Origin: a virus
Lineage: Duplodnaviria > Caudoviricetes
Length of the DNA stretch: 55,481 nucleotides
IMG/VR virus record: IMGVR_UViG_3300050014_000090
Span: 1-55,481 of that record
Reading direction: 5' to 3' (one strand)
Shown piece by piece: positions 8,833 to 17,828 of the stretch. Position numbers and translations under genes: made by a program. The first letter of the stretch is position 1. The number at the start of each line of letters is the position of its first letter. The notes beneath the pieces are model-generated. The model did no database searches and was not told where the DNA came from. It saw only the letters and a list, made by a program, of their open reading frames with translations.

Positions 8833-9018
8833 TCACTCTCCCATATCCTGCACCTCTATTCGAACCCGCTTGTCCGCTTGCATTCGTTGAACTGCCTTGA
8901 CCGCTGCTTGATTCATGAACGTGGTGATCCACGCCTCGAAGTCCGTCAGCGCCGCGTTGCTTACTTGCTTCGCTCCTGCGGCTATTAATGCATCGTGTAG
9001 TTGTTGCTTACTGATCAT
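8833..9018 (-). CDS. Histone-fold protein with truncated alpha3
   Basis: Gapless match to archaeal HMf pattern: AGAKQVS..A and R-x6-D clamp (RVRIEVQD); AGGAGGTGA RBS. Confidence 0.75.
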   Translation of the reverse strand: MISKQQLHDALIAAGAKQVSNAALTDFEAWITTFMNQAAVKAVQRMQADKRVRIEVQDMGE

Positions 9019-9032
9019 TGATTATCACCTCC

Positions 9033-9200
9033 TTAAACTTCCTTCCAACAATCATCGGCGTCTTCGCGTTTGACTGTAAGCATAACTCGATAACCTGCTT
9101 CCTTGAGCGTGTTGATTGCGTCCTTGGTCTTCGCCTGCCAAATGCTATCGTCGTGGAACATCTCGCGCACCTTCATATCCACGTCGATATACTTCACCAT
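9033..9200 (-). CDS. Hypothetical protein
   Basis: MVKYID start overlaps upstream stop. Confidence 0.45.
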   Translation of the reverse strand: MVKYIDVDMKVREMFHDDSIWQAKTKDAINTLKEAGYRVMLTVKREDADDCWKEV

Positions 9201-9358
9201 ATCAACGCGACTGTCAATGCGATCGCAAAGACCCACGCGATCAACGTTGCGACAAGTCCCATCGGATTGACAACGTTCTCCGTGCTCCTATACGTTGCGA
9301 TCCACGACGTTATCGCTGCCGCGCCTATTGCCACGGCCATTAGTTGAAACGCATCCAT
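9194..9358 (-). CDS. 54-aa two-helix membrane protein
   Basis: MDAFQLMAVAIGAAAITSWIA...LVATLIAWVFAIALTVALIW; fills intergenic gap. Confidence 0.55.
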   Translation of the reverse strand: MDAFQLMAVAIGAAAITSWIATYRSTENVVNPMGLVATLIAWVFAIALTVALIW

Positions 9359-9359
9359 C

Positions 9360-9617
9360 TTATCGCTCCGATGGATGTTCCATCATCTCGCCGCCTGTCG
9401 GTCTTGGAGTCGGAACGATCCCGTCGCCAATGACCTTACAGTTCACATCGTCACGCCATACAAGATCGGGATAAGTCCCGTCGTTGTTCATCTTACGTGG
9501 CCGAATCCCATACTGAATACAGCCATTGAAGTATTCAATCACGCCGACAACGATGCCCCGGAACCCGGTGACATTGTCCTCGACTTCCTTGCCTTGTATC
9601 TCATTCCATTTTAACAT
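9360..9617 (-). CDS. Conserved phage-type hypothetical protein
   Basis: G.EVED.VTGF.G.V.G...Y.NGC.QY motif; GGAGG RBS. Confidence 0.65.
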   Translation of the reverse strand: MLKWNEIQGKEVEDNVTGFRGIVVGVIEYFNGCIQYGIRPRKMNNDGTYPDLVWRDDVNCKVIGDGIVPTPRPTGGEMMEHPSER

Positions 9618-9628
9618 TGCAACCTCCT

Positions 9629-9880
9629 TTATTCATCGTCGGGATCTTTGAATTTAAGATCCGACATATCGGTATATCCTTCGTTGATTAGATCTTGCCA
9701 ACCGCCCTGATGGTGCTTCTCATAGATCGTATGACCGTATGTTGTTGTGCCTGCGCTGACTTGTATGCGTATGAATTCGCTGTTCGCTATCTTGTCGAAC
9801 CCTTTGGTCAACGTGATCTTGTCGACCTTGATCTCATCCGCTATTGATATTATCATCTTATCAAACTCCGCAAGACTCAT
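9629..9880 (-). CDS. Hypothetical protein
   Basis: Coupled ORF. Confidence 0.5.
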   Translation of the reverse strand: MSLAEFDKMIISIADEIKVDKITLTKGFDKIANSEFIRIQVSAGTTTYGHTIYEKHHQGGWQDLINEGYTDMSDLKFKDPDDE

Positions 9881-10047
9881 CGCATCAGAACCGCCAACAC
9901 AATGATCGCCACGCCTGCCAATGCCCGCGCATATCGTTCACCATCAAACCATACGCTGTGATAGTTGCTTGCGATTAAGGCGCTGCCTATTCCATCGATA
10001 ACTATTGCGGCCCCGATTATGATCAGGAGCCAGTTGTATATGTTCAT
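9877..10047 (-). CDS. 56-aa two-helix membrane protein
   Basis: MNIYNWLLIIIGAAIVIDG...ALAGVAIIVLAVLMR; AGGTGA RBS. Confidence 0.55.
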   Translation of the reverse strand: MNIYNWLLIIIGAAIVIDGIGSALIASNYHSVWFDGERYARALAGVAIIVLAVLMR

Positions 10048-10058
10048 TGCTTCACCTA

Positions 10059-10343
10059 CTATCTATACGGCCATAGAAGATCGTCACGTCGTTTGATCAC
10101 GACTGCTCCGGGCCGTTCCTCATCGAGTTCCATAACCTCAATCGGGCCGTCCTTGTGTTGGATCTCGATCGTGTGCTTCGTTGGATGCGGATGATACTCC
10201 GGCTTAATCCCTGTGTCCCAATAGTTCATCAGGCGAATGACCATATCGTCCCAAGTCTCAGTCGGCAATCGATAATGTGTCAGTCGTTCCTTGGTCGTGT
10301 CATAGATCTTAATCGTCCGTGTCTTGCCGTTCATTGGAGCCAT
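10059..10343 (-). CDS. RHH-like DNA-binding protein
   Basis: TIKIYDTTKERL...ETWDDMVIRL pattern. Confidence 0.65.
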   Translation of the reverse strand: MAPMNGKTRTIKIYDTTKERLTHYRLPTETWDDMVIRLMNYWDTGIKPEYHPHPTKHTIEIQHKDGPIEVMELDEERPGAVVIKRRDDLLWPYR

Positions 10344-10468
10344 CGTCTCACCTTACCTTTGCGATCCAATAAGCGATTAATCACCGTGTCATAGTTCTCA
10401 TACCATCCGCTCTCGTCCCATAGTCGCTTAACTGTTGAATCATCAAGCGTGATCGTCGTGTCGGCCAT
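10331..10468 (-). CDS. RHH-like protein (45 aa)
   Basis: TTITLDDSTVKRL...ENYDTVINRLL; GGAGGTGA RBS. Confidence 0.6.
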   Translation of the reverse strand: MADTTITLDDSTVKRLWDESGWYENYDTVINRLLDRKGKVRRWLQ

Positions 10469-10616
10469 TCTCGATCACCTCCATAATGTCGATCCTTGTG
10501 CAGGTTCCGGGCGGTTGGAAGCTGTATATGCTGCCTTTGTCCAGTATCACCTCAAGATATGACGGCGATACGACGCCCGGTTCGATTGTGGTCATCGTTA
10601 TGCAAAGTCTTGTCAT
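10443..10616 (-). CDS. Hypothetical protein (57 aa)
   Basis: GAGGTGA RBS; manual translation. Confidence 0.45.
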   Translation of the reverse strand: MTRLCITMTTIEPGVVSPSYLEVILDKGSIYSFQPPGTCTRIDIMEVIENGRHDDHA

Positions 10617-10717
10617 TGTCTCACCTCTTGAGTTATCGAATATTAAGAAAAATCTTTCCGGTTTAGGATAATTTATCTTCGCGTTCTACCGTGTCCGCCT
10701 ATATCCTGCGTGTTTTT

Positions 10718-11218
10718 CTAAGAATACCTCGCAAGTTCTCCCCTGACTTTTATTCCACATCTTTCTAACCACAAATTCCACGCTTCGAGTCCTGTAATGC
10801 CCTCTCTTTTGGGTCGCCTCCACAAATTTTTGTACCTATAAACTCGCAGGATTGTATCGGCAAACTCAACGGGTGGTAAATCTTGAGGTTCTTGCGGTTG
10901 TGTGTGTGTCGTAAGCATCCAAATTGTTGGTTTTTTTGTTGTGAGATCATCAGTCACGGTCTCAAATGATTTTCTCTGCCCCCAGTTTTTACCGAATATG
11001 GATTTCGCTATATCGAACCCCCTCAATTCTTTAGAAATTTCTTCGTCGTAAAATTTCGTCTCTCCGAACCAGTAATATTTGTCATGGATCTCTGCAAATG
11101 CATCTATATCAGTGGGTGATATTTTTCCCATACCATTTTTCCCGGGGCATTCGAGCCCTTTAAATAGCACTATTTGTCGATATGGTTGCCTGTATTTATT
11201 GAAACCTAGTTTCTTCAT
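10718..11218 (-). CDS. Putative PD-(D/E)XK nuclease-fold protein
   Basis: PTDID...GETK motif; follows the methyltransferase. Confidence 0.5.
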   Translation of the reverse strand: MKKLGFNKYRQPYRQIVLFKGLECPGKNGMGKISPTDIDAFAEIHDKYYWFGETKFYDEEISKELRGFDIAKSIFGKNWGQRKSFETVTDDLTTKKPTIWMLTTHTQPQEPQDLPPVEFADTILRVYRYKNLWRRPKREGITGLEAWNLWLERCGIKVRGELARYS

Positions 11219-11285
11219 AAACTCCCCTGAGCAGTTCGCTATTCCAAATGTTGCGGGGACTAATGTATCCGCAAACCTTGTTACT

Positions 11286-12293
11286 TTACTCTTCTTTATC
11301 GTTGAACCACATCTCTTCTCGTTGTTCTACTGCGGCCATTTCGTCTCCCCAAGATGTCCACCCCGGGCGTTTGCCGCGAGCAAAGAGTTCTATCTTTCGT
11401 GCTTCGGGATACATATCTTCAATGATTCGATAGACAACACCGGGTTTACGACTGTGCCTTGCCGATTTCTCCCGAATAACTGAGCGAGGTAGTGACGCAT
11501 CGGGAGGAGACGCCATCTTGCCCTTTCGCCCGATCAATAGATATTCGTGCTGTATGCGAACGATGTGTCCAAGTCCCATGCGTTCTTTGTCCCATACCAT
11601 GCTTGTTCGATAGGTGAATCCCCAAGCATTCAAGACCGAAAGTCCTTCCTCCAATTTCGGCGACGTGACCCATAGGAATAGCATCGCATTCTCGGCCGAC
11701 GGAACGTCCATTGCTTTGATGTCCTCAAGTTCCATCGTTGGATATTGATGTTCGATCTGCCGTTCCGGGGTTGTCGTCCCTACGTCGTACTTCCACGGCG
11801 GATCGGCATATATTATGTCATATTCACCTTCAATGCTTGGGAGTGATTCGGGTTCTGTGCGATTGATATCACGGACTGCTTCGCGCAGTTCTTTGACTGA
11901 CCAATCATTCGCTTCCGCTTCATCCAATAGTTTGTCCCCATCCTCATCGGGGTGGACTCCTTGAACTGCTTGATGATGGCTCCACGAAAGATTTTCCCGA
12001 CGTCGGGAAAATTGAAACCTCCCTGCCATCGTCTTTTCATTTGCTACGGATTGATAATCATATCCCGTGTTTTTGATTGCTTCTTTGTACTTGTCCCCAT
12101 AACGCAGCTCGCCATAGTTGAGCCAATCTCCAATAAGCCATTGAATTGCTCCTTCAACTTGTCGTATCTTAGAACCAAAATCACCCCATTCCACAACGGT
12201 CGGATTGCCTGTCACGACAAGACCCACGCGCGTCGGAACAAACATGGCATCCGCCATTAAAGCCAGTTCGTTTTTGTCGACCATTTCAATCAT
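11286..12293 (-). CDS. MT-A70-family adenine methyltransferase with N-terminal LmbU-like domain
   Basis: ADPPW, LFLWVT, WGF.Y, HSRKP, ELFAR; WLIGDWL..G..RYG and LSWSHH. Confidence 0.92.
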   Translation of the reverse strand: MIEMVDKNELALMADAMFVPTRVGLVVTGNPTVVEWGDFGSKIRQVEGAIQWLIGDWLNYGELRYGDKYKEAIKNTGYDYQSVANEKTMAGRFQFSRRRENLSWSHHQAVQGVHPDEDGDKLLDEAEANDWSVKELREAVRDINRTEPESLPSIEGEYDIIYADPPWKYDVGTTTPERQIEHQYPTMELEDIKAMDVPSAENAMLFLWVTSPKLEEGLSVLNAWGFTYRTSMVWDKERMGLGHIVRIQHEYLLIGRKGKMASPPDASLPRSVIREKSARHSRKPGVVYRIIEDMYPEARKIELFARGKRPGWTSWGDEMAAVEQREEMWFNDKEE

Positions 12294-12510
12294 TCATCTC
12301 CCGCCCGATTAACGATCGACATGAGGACGTCCATGTCTTCTCTGACCTGCTCAATCTCTGCGCGGGCAATGCAAACCTCGTCAAAGAGGAGCTTTGTTCG
12401 CAGTAACGCACCTTTGCGCTTTGCGAGGTGCTTCATATTGCGATATATGTCCTCGATGCGGTCTTGAAGATGCGACGTGTTTATCCACATCTCCGACATT
12501 GTTCGTCCCA
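12290..12510 (-). CDS. Hypothetical coiled-coil protein
   Basis: Fills gap; exact start uncertain. Confidence 0.45.
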
Positions 12511-12512
12511 TC

Positions 12513-12695
12513 TTAAGACATCCCAATGGTTTTTCTGACTTCCAACGCCGCCTCATAGACTTGTAGGAGATGTTCTAAAAAATCAGCGTCGGTCGCTCTA
12601 CTGTCCCAATGCTTATAGTTGTCACGAAGTTGAGTCCATGCCTCGCGTGTGTGCGGATAGACTCTCAGGTTCAACGTGGCTTTATGGTTGGTCAT
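12513..12695 (-). CDS. RHH-like protein
   Basis: LNLRVYPHTREAW...TDADFLEHLL. Confidence 0.5.
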   Translation of the reverse strand: MTNHKATLNLRVYPHTREAWTQLRDNYKHWDSRATDADFLEHLLQVYEAALEVRKTIGMS

Positions 12696-13099
12696 AGAGT
12701 TGTAAGCCCGAGGATAATGTCGGTCTCCGTCTTGATGTCGCGTCGTTGTTCGTGAAGCCTGAGCAGTTTTGCCTTGCGTATCTCGATTTGCATCGTGAGG
12801 TCGCGCATTGCGTTCCGCCTGACGCGATACTTCTCACTCTTGTTGAGTGTGAGCAGAACGGCCGCAGCTTGTGCGTCTACATTCGGATAATACGGCTTGC
12901 CTGTTTGCGGGTTTATCTGACTCGCATCGACACGCGCCTCGGCTTCGTATGCTGCCATCTCGTCTTTGAATGCGTTGAATTCGCGGTTGTTTTCCGCGAG
13001 CGTTGTGCTTAGTTCTAATATATCATCGGCCGCTTCGTTTAGGTCAACTGAGACCTGCCTTGCGACCGTCTTGGCTGCTTCTATGTCCATAATTCTCAC
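12692..13099 (-). CDS. Coiled-coil hypothetical protein
   Basis: Helical ORF coupled to neighbours. Confidence 0.55.
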   Translation of the reverse strand: MRIMDIEAAKTVARQVSVDLNEAADDILELSTTLAENNREFNAFKDEMAAYEAEARVDASQINPQTGKPYYPNVDAQAAAVLLTLNKSEKYRVRRNAMRDLTMQIEIRKAKLLRLHEQRRDIKTETDIILGLTTL

Positions 13100-13376
13100 C
13101 TCTTAAATCATCGATAACGGCGTCGTAAAGGTTAATCCGTTGCATAAGTGCATTCCGCGTCGCCGCATCCCAATCGTTTGTTAATTTATCCACGTATCCG
13201 GCACGTTTGCGCTCGAGGACGTTAAGAGCAATGTTTTTCATAGCTTCGGATATTGCGGCCTCGACGGCTTGACCAAAATTAAGAATGTTTGCTTTGAACT
13301 GCTCGACGCCTTCAATTACTAATTCAAATTCCTCCCCGGCTTTTGGAGCGCCATACCAATAATTCTCGTCAGTCAT
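13044..13376 (-). CDS. Hypothetical protein
   Basis: GAGGTGA RBS. Confidence 0.55.
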   Translation of the reverse strand: MTDENYWYGAPKAGEEFELVIEGVEQFKANILNFGQAVEAAISEAMKNIALNVLERKRAGYVDKLTNDWDAATRNALMQRINLYDAVIDDLRGENYGHRSSQDGRKAGLS

Positions 13377-13379
13377 TTT

Positions 13380-13484
13380 TCACCTCTCGACATACAGCTT
13401 TCGCCCGAGGTATTGAATCACTAAGCTGAAAATAAGCCCGATGCTTATCCCATCGAGCAGATAGATTAACTCCACTTCACTCAT
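13380..13484 (-). CDS. 34-aa membrane peptide
   Basis: MSEVELIYLLDGISIGLIFSLVIQYLGRKLYVER; GGAGG RBS. Confidence 0.5.
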   Translation of the reverse strand: MSEVELIYLLDGISIGLIFSLVIQYLGRKLYVER

Positions 13485-13956
13485 TTTTAGCCTCCAAAAA
13501 TTCGTCATCCGTTTTTGTGAACTTGCTCAGATTGCAGTCGCTACAAGAGAGAACAATATTTTCGATTAGGTTACGGCCCCCCCTCGAAAGCGGAATCCTG
13601 TGCTCAACGTGAACCTCCCGATCGAACGACGCATAAAGCAGTTCGCCGCAGTAAAAACAGAAGCCTTCTTGCTGTTCAAATAATGTATTTAATTCGCTTA
13701 TGGTGTACCCGCCGGAGTTATCACTATATTCTCGCGCTCTGCGATTGTGATCGTACATCCTGAGCTTGTCGGGATTTGCTTTTTTCCATTGTCGCAATGC
13801 TTCGTTTCTTTTTTCTTTGTTAACCTCGCGGTATTTGCGATGATACTCGAGCATTTTGTCTCGATTCTTTTGGTAATACTCGCGCTGGTATCCCGGATGC
13901 GCCTCATTAAACTTGCGCTTTGATTCCCTCGCTTTTTCTTTTTGGCGATCATTCAT
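13477..13956 (-). CDS. HNH endonuclease
   Basis: CFYC...EHRIPLSRGG.N...N....C..CN..K. Confidence 0.9.
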   Translation of the reverse strand: MNDRQKEKARESKRKFNEAHPGYQREYYQKNRDKMLEYHRKYREVNKEKRNEALRQWKKANPDKLRMYDHNRRAREYSDNSGGYTISELNTLFEQQEGFCFYCGELLYASFDREVHVEHRIPLSRGGRNLIENIVLSCSDCNLSKFTKTDDEFLEAKNE

Positions 13957-14140
13957 GTGCGGCCTCCGGGTGCGAACACTGCAAATGCTCATGATGGCGG
14001 ATTGAATAGTCGCACGCCACGCACTCAATGTATGGGATAAACGTCTCCTGATGCAAACCCAAACACTCAACGTAGAGCGTGACGTTTACCGGCTCGGGGA
14101 CGTCATAGATGTCTTTGCGACGCATTCTAATACATCCCAT
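13949..14140 (-). CDS. Small Cys/His protein
   Basis: C...CVAC...C.HP. Confidence 0.45.
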   Translation of the reverse strand: MGCIRMRRKDIYDVPEPVNVTLYVECLGLHQETFIPYIECVACDYSIRHHEHLQCSHPEAAHE

Positions 14141-14318
14141 AGGTCAAATCAAAGATAACGTCATCCATCGTGACCTTCCGGGGTTCTCCGCTTGCGCATG
14201 CATTTTGATCTACTCCGATCTGCGTATCCTCGCGGATCTTGTTGAGTTTTTTCCAGTTGTCTATCGAAATTTCAATTAAGACGGTCTCAGCGGCATCGGT
14301 TGGCATTGGATGTGTCAT
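14127..14318 (-). CDS. RHH-like protein
   Basis: LIEISIDNWKKL...VTMDDVIFDL; GGAGG RBS; start approximate. Confidence 0.45.
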   Translation of the reverse strand: MTHPMPTDAAETVLIEISIDNWKKLNKIREDTQIGVDQNACASGEPRKVTMDDVIFDLTYGMY

Positions 14319-14595
14319 GTATGCTAACCTCCCTGCCTTGTGCCTCAAGTCTCGCTTTAAGCAGGTCGATCTCATCGAGGACGTATTGAAGATCGACTTC
14401 GTGTAGAACTTCGTTGCTCATGCTTTCGCACCTCCGTTCGACCAAATGCCCTTGACAAAAGAGTATTTCAGCACGGTCTCCGTGGCGGAGAAGTCGATAT
14501 TCCTGCCCGGATTCTCGTCTTTAAAAAGTTCGATCACTTCACACGCGATTATCTCGCGTTGATATGCTGCCAATGCGGTCATTTTATCTCACCTC

Positions 14596-14627
14596 AAAAA
14601 GAAAATAGCCGGGAGTTCTCCCGACTA
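14596..14627 (-). terminator. Intrinsic terminator-like hairpin
   Basis: TAGTCGGGAG-AA-CTCCCGGCTA followed by TTTTCTTTTT after the lipoprotein stop. Confidence 0.65.
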
Positions 14628-14630
14628 AAT

Positions 14631-15263
14631 TCACGCTATTATGTAGTATCCCATTGTTCCCCACGACGAGGCATATTGCGACGTTCCGGCGTATGTTCCG
14701 CCGATTGTGATGTCCCCGGGTAGGAGAGGCACAAGTCCGGCGGTCGAGAACGTGAAAGTCCCATATCCGTTGCTTCCGGTCGTTGCCGACCCGAGTTGCT
14801 TGCCTGATGCGTCAAACGAGACAGTTTGTCCCGGAATCGGAACAGTCTTTGCGCTGACTGTGAACGTGAAAGTGATGTCCGTTCCGCTCTTTATCGGGTT
14901 CGTGTTGCCTGAGATAGAGACTTGCGTCGGGATCTTGGTGACTGTCGGCGTTGCAGTCGGAACCCACGTGCTCTGATCCTCGCCGTGCAAATTGCGAATA
15001 GTCGGCTCGGCGGTTGGCGTTGTTGTTGGCGTACCCTTTGGCATATTACTATTAGGTACGGGTGTTGCGACTGCCGCCGGTGCAACTGTCGCTGTAGGTT
15101 TGACAACGGCCTTCGTTGTCTTGACCGCTGTCTTTGTTGTATTATTGTGTGCCGTCGACGTTACTGTTGGGACTGCATTGTTGCTCGGACTTGTACATCC
15201 GCACATTGCGACGACGACGCCCGCGAGGACGCACAACGTCAGAAATTTTTCGGCACTTTTCAT
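14631..15263 (-). CDS. Lipoprotein with Pro/Thr linker and C-terminal Ig-like domain
   Basis: Hydrophobic signal plus AMCGC lipobox; V.F...G..LG.ATT...G...F...Y.G...Y pattern. Confidence 0.75.
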   Translation of the reverse strand: MKSAEKFLTLCVLAGVVVAMCGCTSPSNNAVPTVTSTAHNNTTKTAVKTTKAVVKPTATVAPAAVATPVPNSNMPKGTPTTTPTAEPTIRNLHGEDQSTWVPTATPTVTKIPTQVSISGNTNPIKSGTDITFTFTVSAKTVPIPGQTVSFDASGKQLGSATTGSNGYGTFTFSTAGLVPLLPGDITIGGTYAGTSQYASSWGTMGYYIIA

Positions 15264-15273
15264 AATGTCGCCT

Positions 15274-15492
15274 CTAAAAATTCCCGACCTGCCGAACTCC
15301 GCTTGCGAGTTGATCCGCAATGCGCTTCAACTGCCACGCAATCTCTGCTTGTATATCTATACTTAGCGCCTGTCCTGTATCTGCGCCGCTACCGAATATC
15401 AGATTATGAATGTATTGTTCCCTGTTCTCAACGGTGTTTGACATTTTTTTAGCCCTCTCTTTGTTGTTTCCTATTAGGAAACGATTGAACAT
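15274..15492 (-). CDS. Hypothetical protein
   Basis: Fills gap; start uncertain. Confidence 0.45.
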   Translation of the reverse strand: MFNRFLIGNNKERAKKMSNTVENREQYIHNLIFGSGADTGQALSIDIQAEIAWQLKRIADQLASGVRQVGNF

Positions 15493-15493
15493 A

Positions 15494-15640
15494 TTAGAAC
15501 TGACCGTGCTTTTCGAGTAAAACGTCGATTGATTCGCTCATAGTCAATCGCTTGGCTTTTCGTGCTGATTCCTTCAATTGGAAGCGCTTTAACTGCTCCC
15601 GCGTCTTTTTCTCTATTTGGATTGTGGCCAGTTCTTTCAT
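15494..15640 (-). CDS. RHH-like protein (48 aa), probably leaderless
   Basis: ATIQIEKKTREQLK...TMSESIDVLL; TATATA about 25 nt upstream. Confidence 0.6.
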   Translation of the reverse strand: MKELATIQIEKKTREQLKRFQLKESARKAKRLTMSESIDVLLEKHGQF

Positions 15641-15663
15641 GTAATCTCGTATAGGTCGCTCTG

Positions 15664-15684
15664 TGTATATATGTGTTGCTATAT
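15664..15684 (-). promoter_or_regulatory. Archaeal-type TATA promoter with ATAGCAACA motif
   Basis: ATAGCAACACATATATAC; 9-mer shared with 24238-24246. Confidence 0.5.
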
Positions 15685-15695
15685 GCTTATTAAAA

Positions 15696-16187
15696 CTACC
15701 TTAGATCTGAGAGACATTTCTCAAGATTAAGCAAACCATTGGCGTCTTTTTTGAGTTGCGGATATTTGCCGGGTAAGTCCTTCGGATCAATAGCAACCTC
15801 GCCCTCGAGGAATGCGCCGCATACGTGACTCCATGGGAGCAGATAAAACTCGTTCTGCTTCGGGCCTCGTCCCTGCTTAATCTCAGCGGCGAGGATTCCA
15901 AACCGGCCAGTGTCCTCAATGAATTCGGTGATTGTGGTGATTTGGTGCTTGCCTTTGCTGCGCTTCCAAGAGCTAAAATAGAACTTTGATGTCTTGGTCG
16001 GATTGATAGATTTGACTTCTATCGCGAGATAATGATCAGGATTCCTCGAGTCGACAAGGACGTCAATGTATTGAGTATAAAACCGTGACTGCTTCAAGCG
16101 ATACGCGAGGCCCGGCTGCTCCGTGGCTGATAAGTATTCATTGATCAATTTGACAATGCGATTCTCGCTCGGAGATGTGCCTGACAT
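15696..16187 (-). CDS. Holliday junction resolvase (archaeal Hjc/RecU-like PD-(D/E)XK)
   Basis: E..IV, YRLKQSRF..Q.IDVLVDS, YLAIEVKS, GR.G.LA.E. Confidence 0.75.
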   Translation of the reverse strand: MSGTSPSENRIVKLINEYLSATEQPGLAYRLKQSRFYTQYIDVLVDSRNPDHYLAIEVKSINPTKTSKFYFSSWKRSKGKHQITTITEFIEDTGRFGILAAEIKQGRGPKQNEFYLLPWSHVCGAFLEGEVAIDPKDLPGKYPQLKKDANGLLNLEKCLSDLR

Positions 16188-16189
16188 CG

Positions 16190-16459
16190 TTATTTATCTG
16201 CGTGATGGATCACAAATAGAAGTCTATTGAGCCGTGCAACATCGAGATCGAGTTGCTTCCATAGTTTGATCCCGGCTTCCATTTGAACCTCGAGCTTGCT
16301 GATCCGTTTTTTGAGATCCGCCGAATAATCCGTGTCTTCTTCGAGATCTTGAAGTCGCGCTTCGTGATCCGCAAGTCCCTCTTGAATCGTCTTATGTAAC
16401 GTGGTCGCTAATTCAACTGCTCGGACTTCCAAGCCGTGCAGATCTTCCTCGCGCATCAA
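16190..16459 (-). CDS. Coiled-coil hypothetical protein
   Basis: Heptad pattern; coupled. Confidence 0.55.
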   Translation of the reverse strand: MMREEDLHGLEVRAVELATTLHKTIQEGLADHEARLQDLEEDTDYSADLKKRISKLEVQMEAGIKLWKQLDLDVARLNRLLFVIHHADK

Positions 16460-16650
16460 ATCTCATCCTCTTTGATCTCGCCGTCCCGAATCCTGCGGCC
16501 TAACTCTTGCAGGCATTTGTCGCAATAGAATCTACCTCGGTATAGGTGAATTCCATCCATCGCTTTATCTCTGACGCCCTTGCACTCCTTTAAAGGCGTG
16601 TTGCATTCCTCACAGCCTCGTTTATCGAATTCTCCTCTTGGTTCTATCAT
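16456..16650 (-). CDS. Small zinc-finger protein
   Basis: CEEC...YCDKC. Confidence 0.55.
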   Translation of the reverse strand: MIEPRGEFDKRGCEECNTPLKECKGVRDKAMDGIHLYRGRFYCDKCLQELGRRIRDGEIKEDEI

Positions 16651-17486
16651 TCGGTCGCCTCCTCAGTTTCTTCTCCTGATGCCGCTTCGCACAAGATGGT
16701 GCAAGCGCAGTTGATGATATTCCAATCACTGCCTGACGGATCGCCCGGATGGTCTAAGTCTTCGCCTCCGACGTCAAACGTGTCGTCCATGGGTACAGAT
16801 TGACCGTCCGCGTCGGCGTGTGCTTCTCTCACGTTGTCGAGTCCCGTTGTGCTCCACGTCTTGTTTAAATCGGGAACTGTTGCTTTCATGGTTTGTAAAG
16901 AGGCCGCGTTCATCGCCGAATTCGCTTCCGTCCGCGAGATTGTTTGACCTCTACCATCCCATGAATCTCCGAGCATCGAATCGACCGCTTGACCTATCTC
17001 AAAGTGTGAGTCACCGTTCTTGATGCCGTCGGCGATTATGGAGCGTATGCTGTCTTGTGTTGTGTCATCGATGCCGACTATCTTGTCTTTGAATGCGCTG
17101 CCTTGAATCAGGTTGTTGACGGTTTGCTCCCAATCGGGAACAATGTCTTCAACGTCCTCAACGTCTTGTTTGGTGATCGGTTTGCTGACGTCTTTACCCG
17201 TTAGGAACGCATGGATATACCCAATAGTAGCCCGTCCCGTCTCTACCCATAGACTTTTAAGTGCAAGCTTCCAACCAAGGCCTGCTTGGTGAGTATAATA
17301 AGATTTGATGTGTTCTATGGCGGTCTCAGGAGAGCTAGTTGCCCGGAAGATAGAACGGATTGCCTTGCGATCCTTCTCCCATACTGGCGTAAGTCGTGCC
17401 ATGCCGAATTTGTCCCATTCCTGACGGTGAGCATCCATCATTCGGGCGAATTCGTGCCGCTTCTTGTCCTTCTTTGACTCAGCCAT
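16647..17486 (-). CDS. Minor head morphogenesis protein (Mu gpF/SPP1 gp7 family)
   Basis: RTEANSA.N, K.W, VREAH..ADGQ, HPGDP, NC.C. Confidence 0.88.
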   Translation of the reverse strand: MAESKKDKKRHEFARMMDAHRQEWDKFGMARLTPVWEKDRKAIRSIFRATSSPETAIEHIKSYYTHQAGLGWKLALKSLWVETGRATIGYIHAFLTGKDVSKPITKQDVEDVEDIVPDWEQTVNNLIQGSAFKDKIVGIDDTTQDSIRSIIADGIKNGDSHFEIGQAVDSMLGDSWDGRGQTISRTEANSAMNAASLQTMKATVPDLNKTWSTTGLDNVREAHADADGQSVPMDDTFDVGGEDLDHPGDPSGSDWNIINCACTILCEAASGEETEEATE

Positions 17487-17619
17487 GGAGAATCCTCTCT
17501 ATCAATTGGTTGCGGAACTTGCCGCAACAGCCATAATCGTCAAGCATCAATCCCGCCTTGCAGGTCAAACCATTGAAAAAACCACAATAGCGGCAATCGT
17601 GTTTATTTGGTTGTTTCAT
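17479..17619 (-). CDS. 46-aa Cys-motif protein
   Basis: CRYC-x7-C-x10-CCGKF; manual translation. Confidence 0.5.
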   Translation of the reverse strand: MKQPNKHDCRYCGFFNGLTCKAGLMLDDYGCCGKFRNQLIERILHG

Positions 17620-17828
17620 TTATCGGAATATGCAAATGAGAACAATTGTTGCCACGAACGCCGCGACCACAAATGGATCGATCGAACAGTGGCATATTGC
17701 TAATTGCAGCGACTCACCTCCCGTTTAAGTTCTTGCGTCGTATGTATTCCTTCTCAAAGTCTCGCTTTTCCTTCATCTCTTGGTCAAACAGTCGTAAATA
17801 TTTCTCATTGTCTTCGTCGATCATTCTC

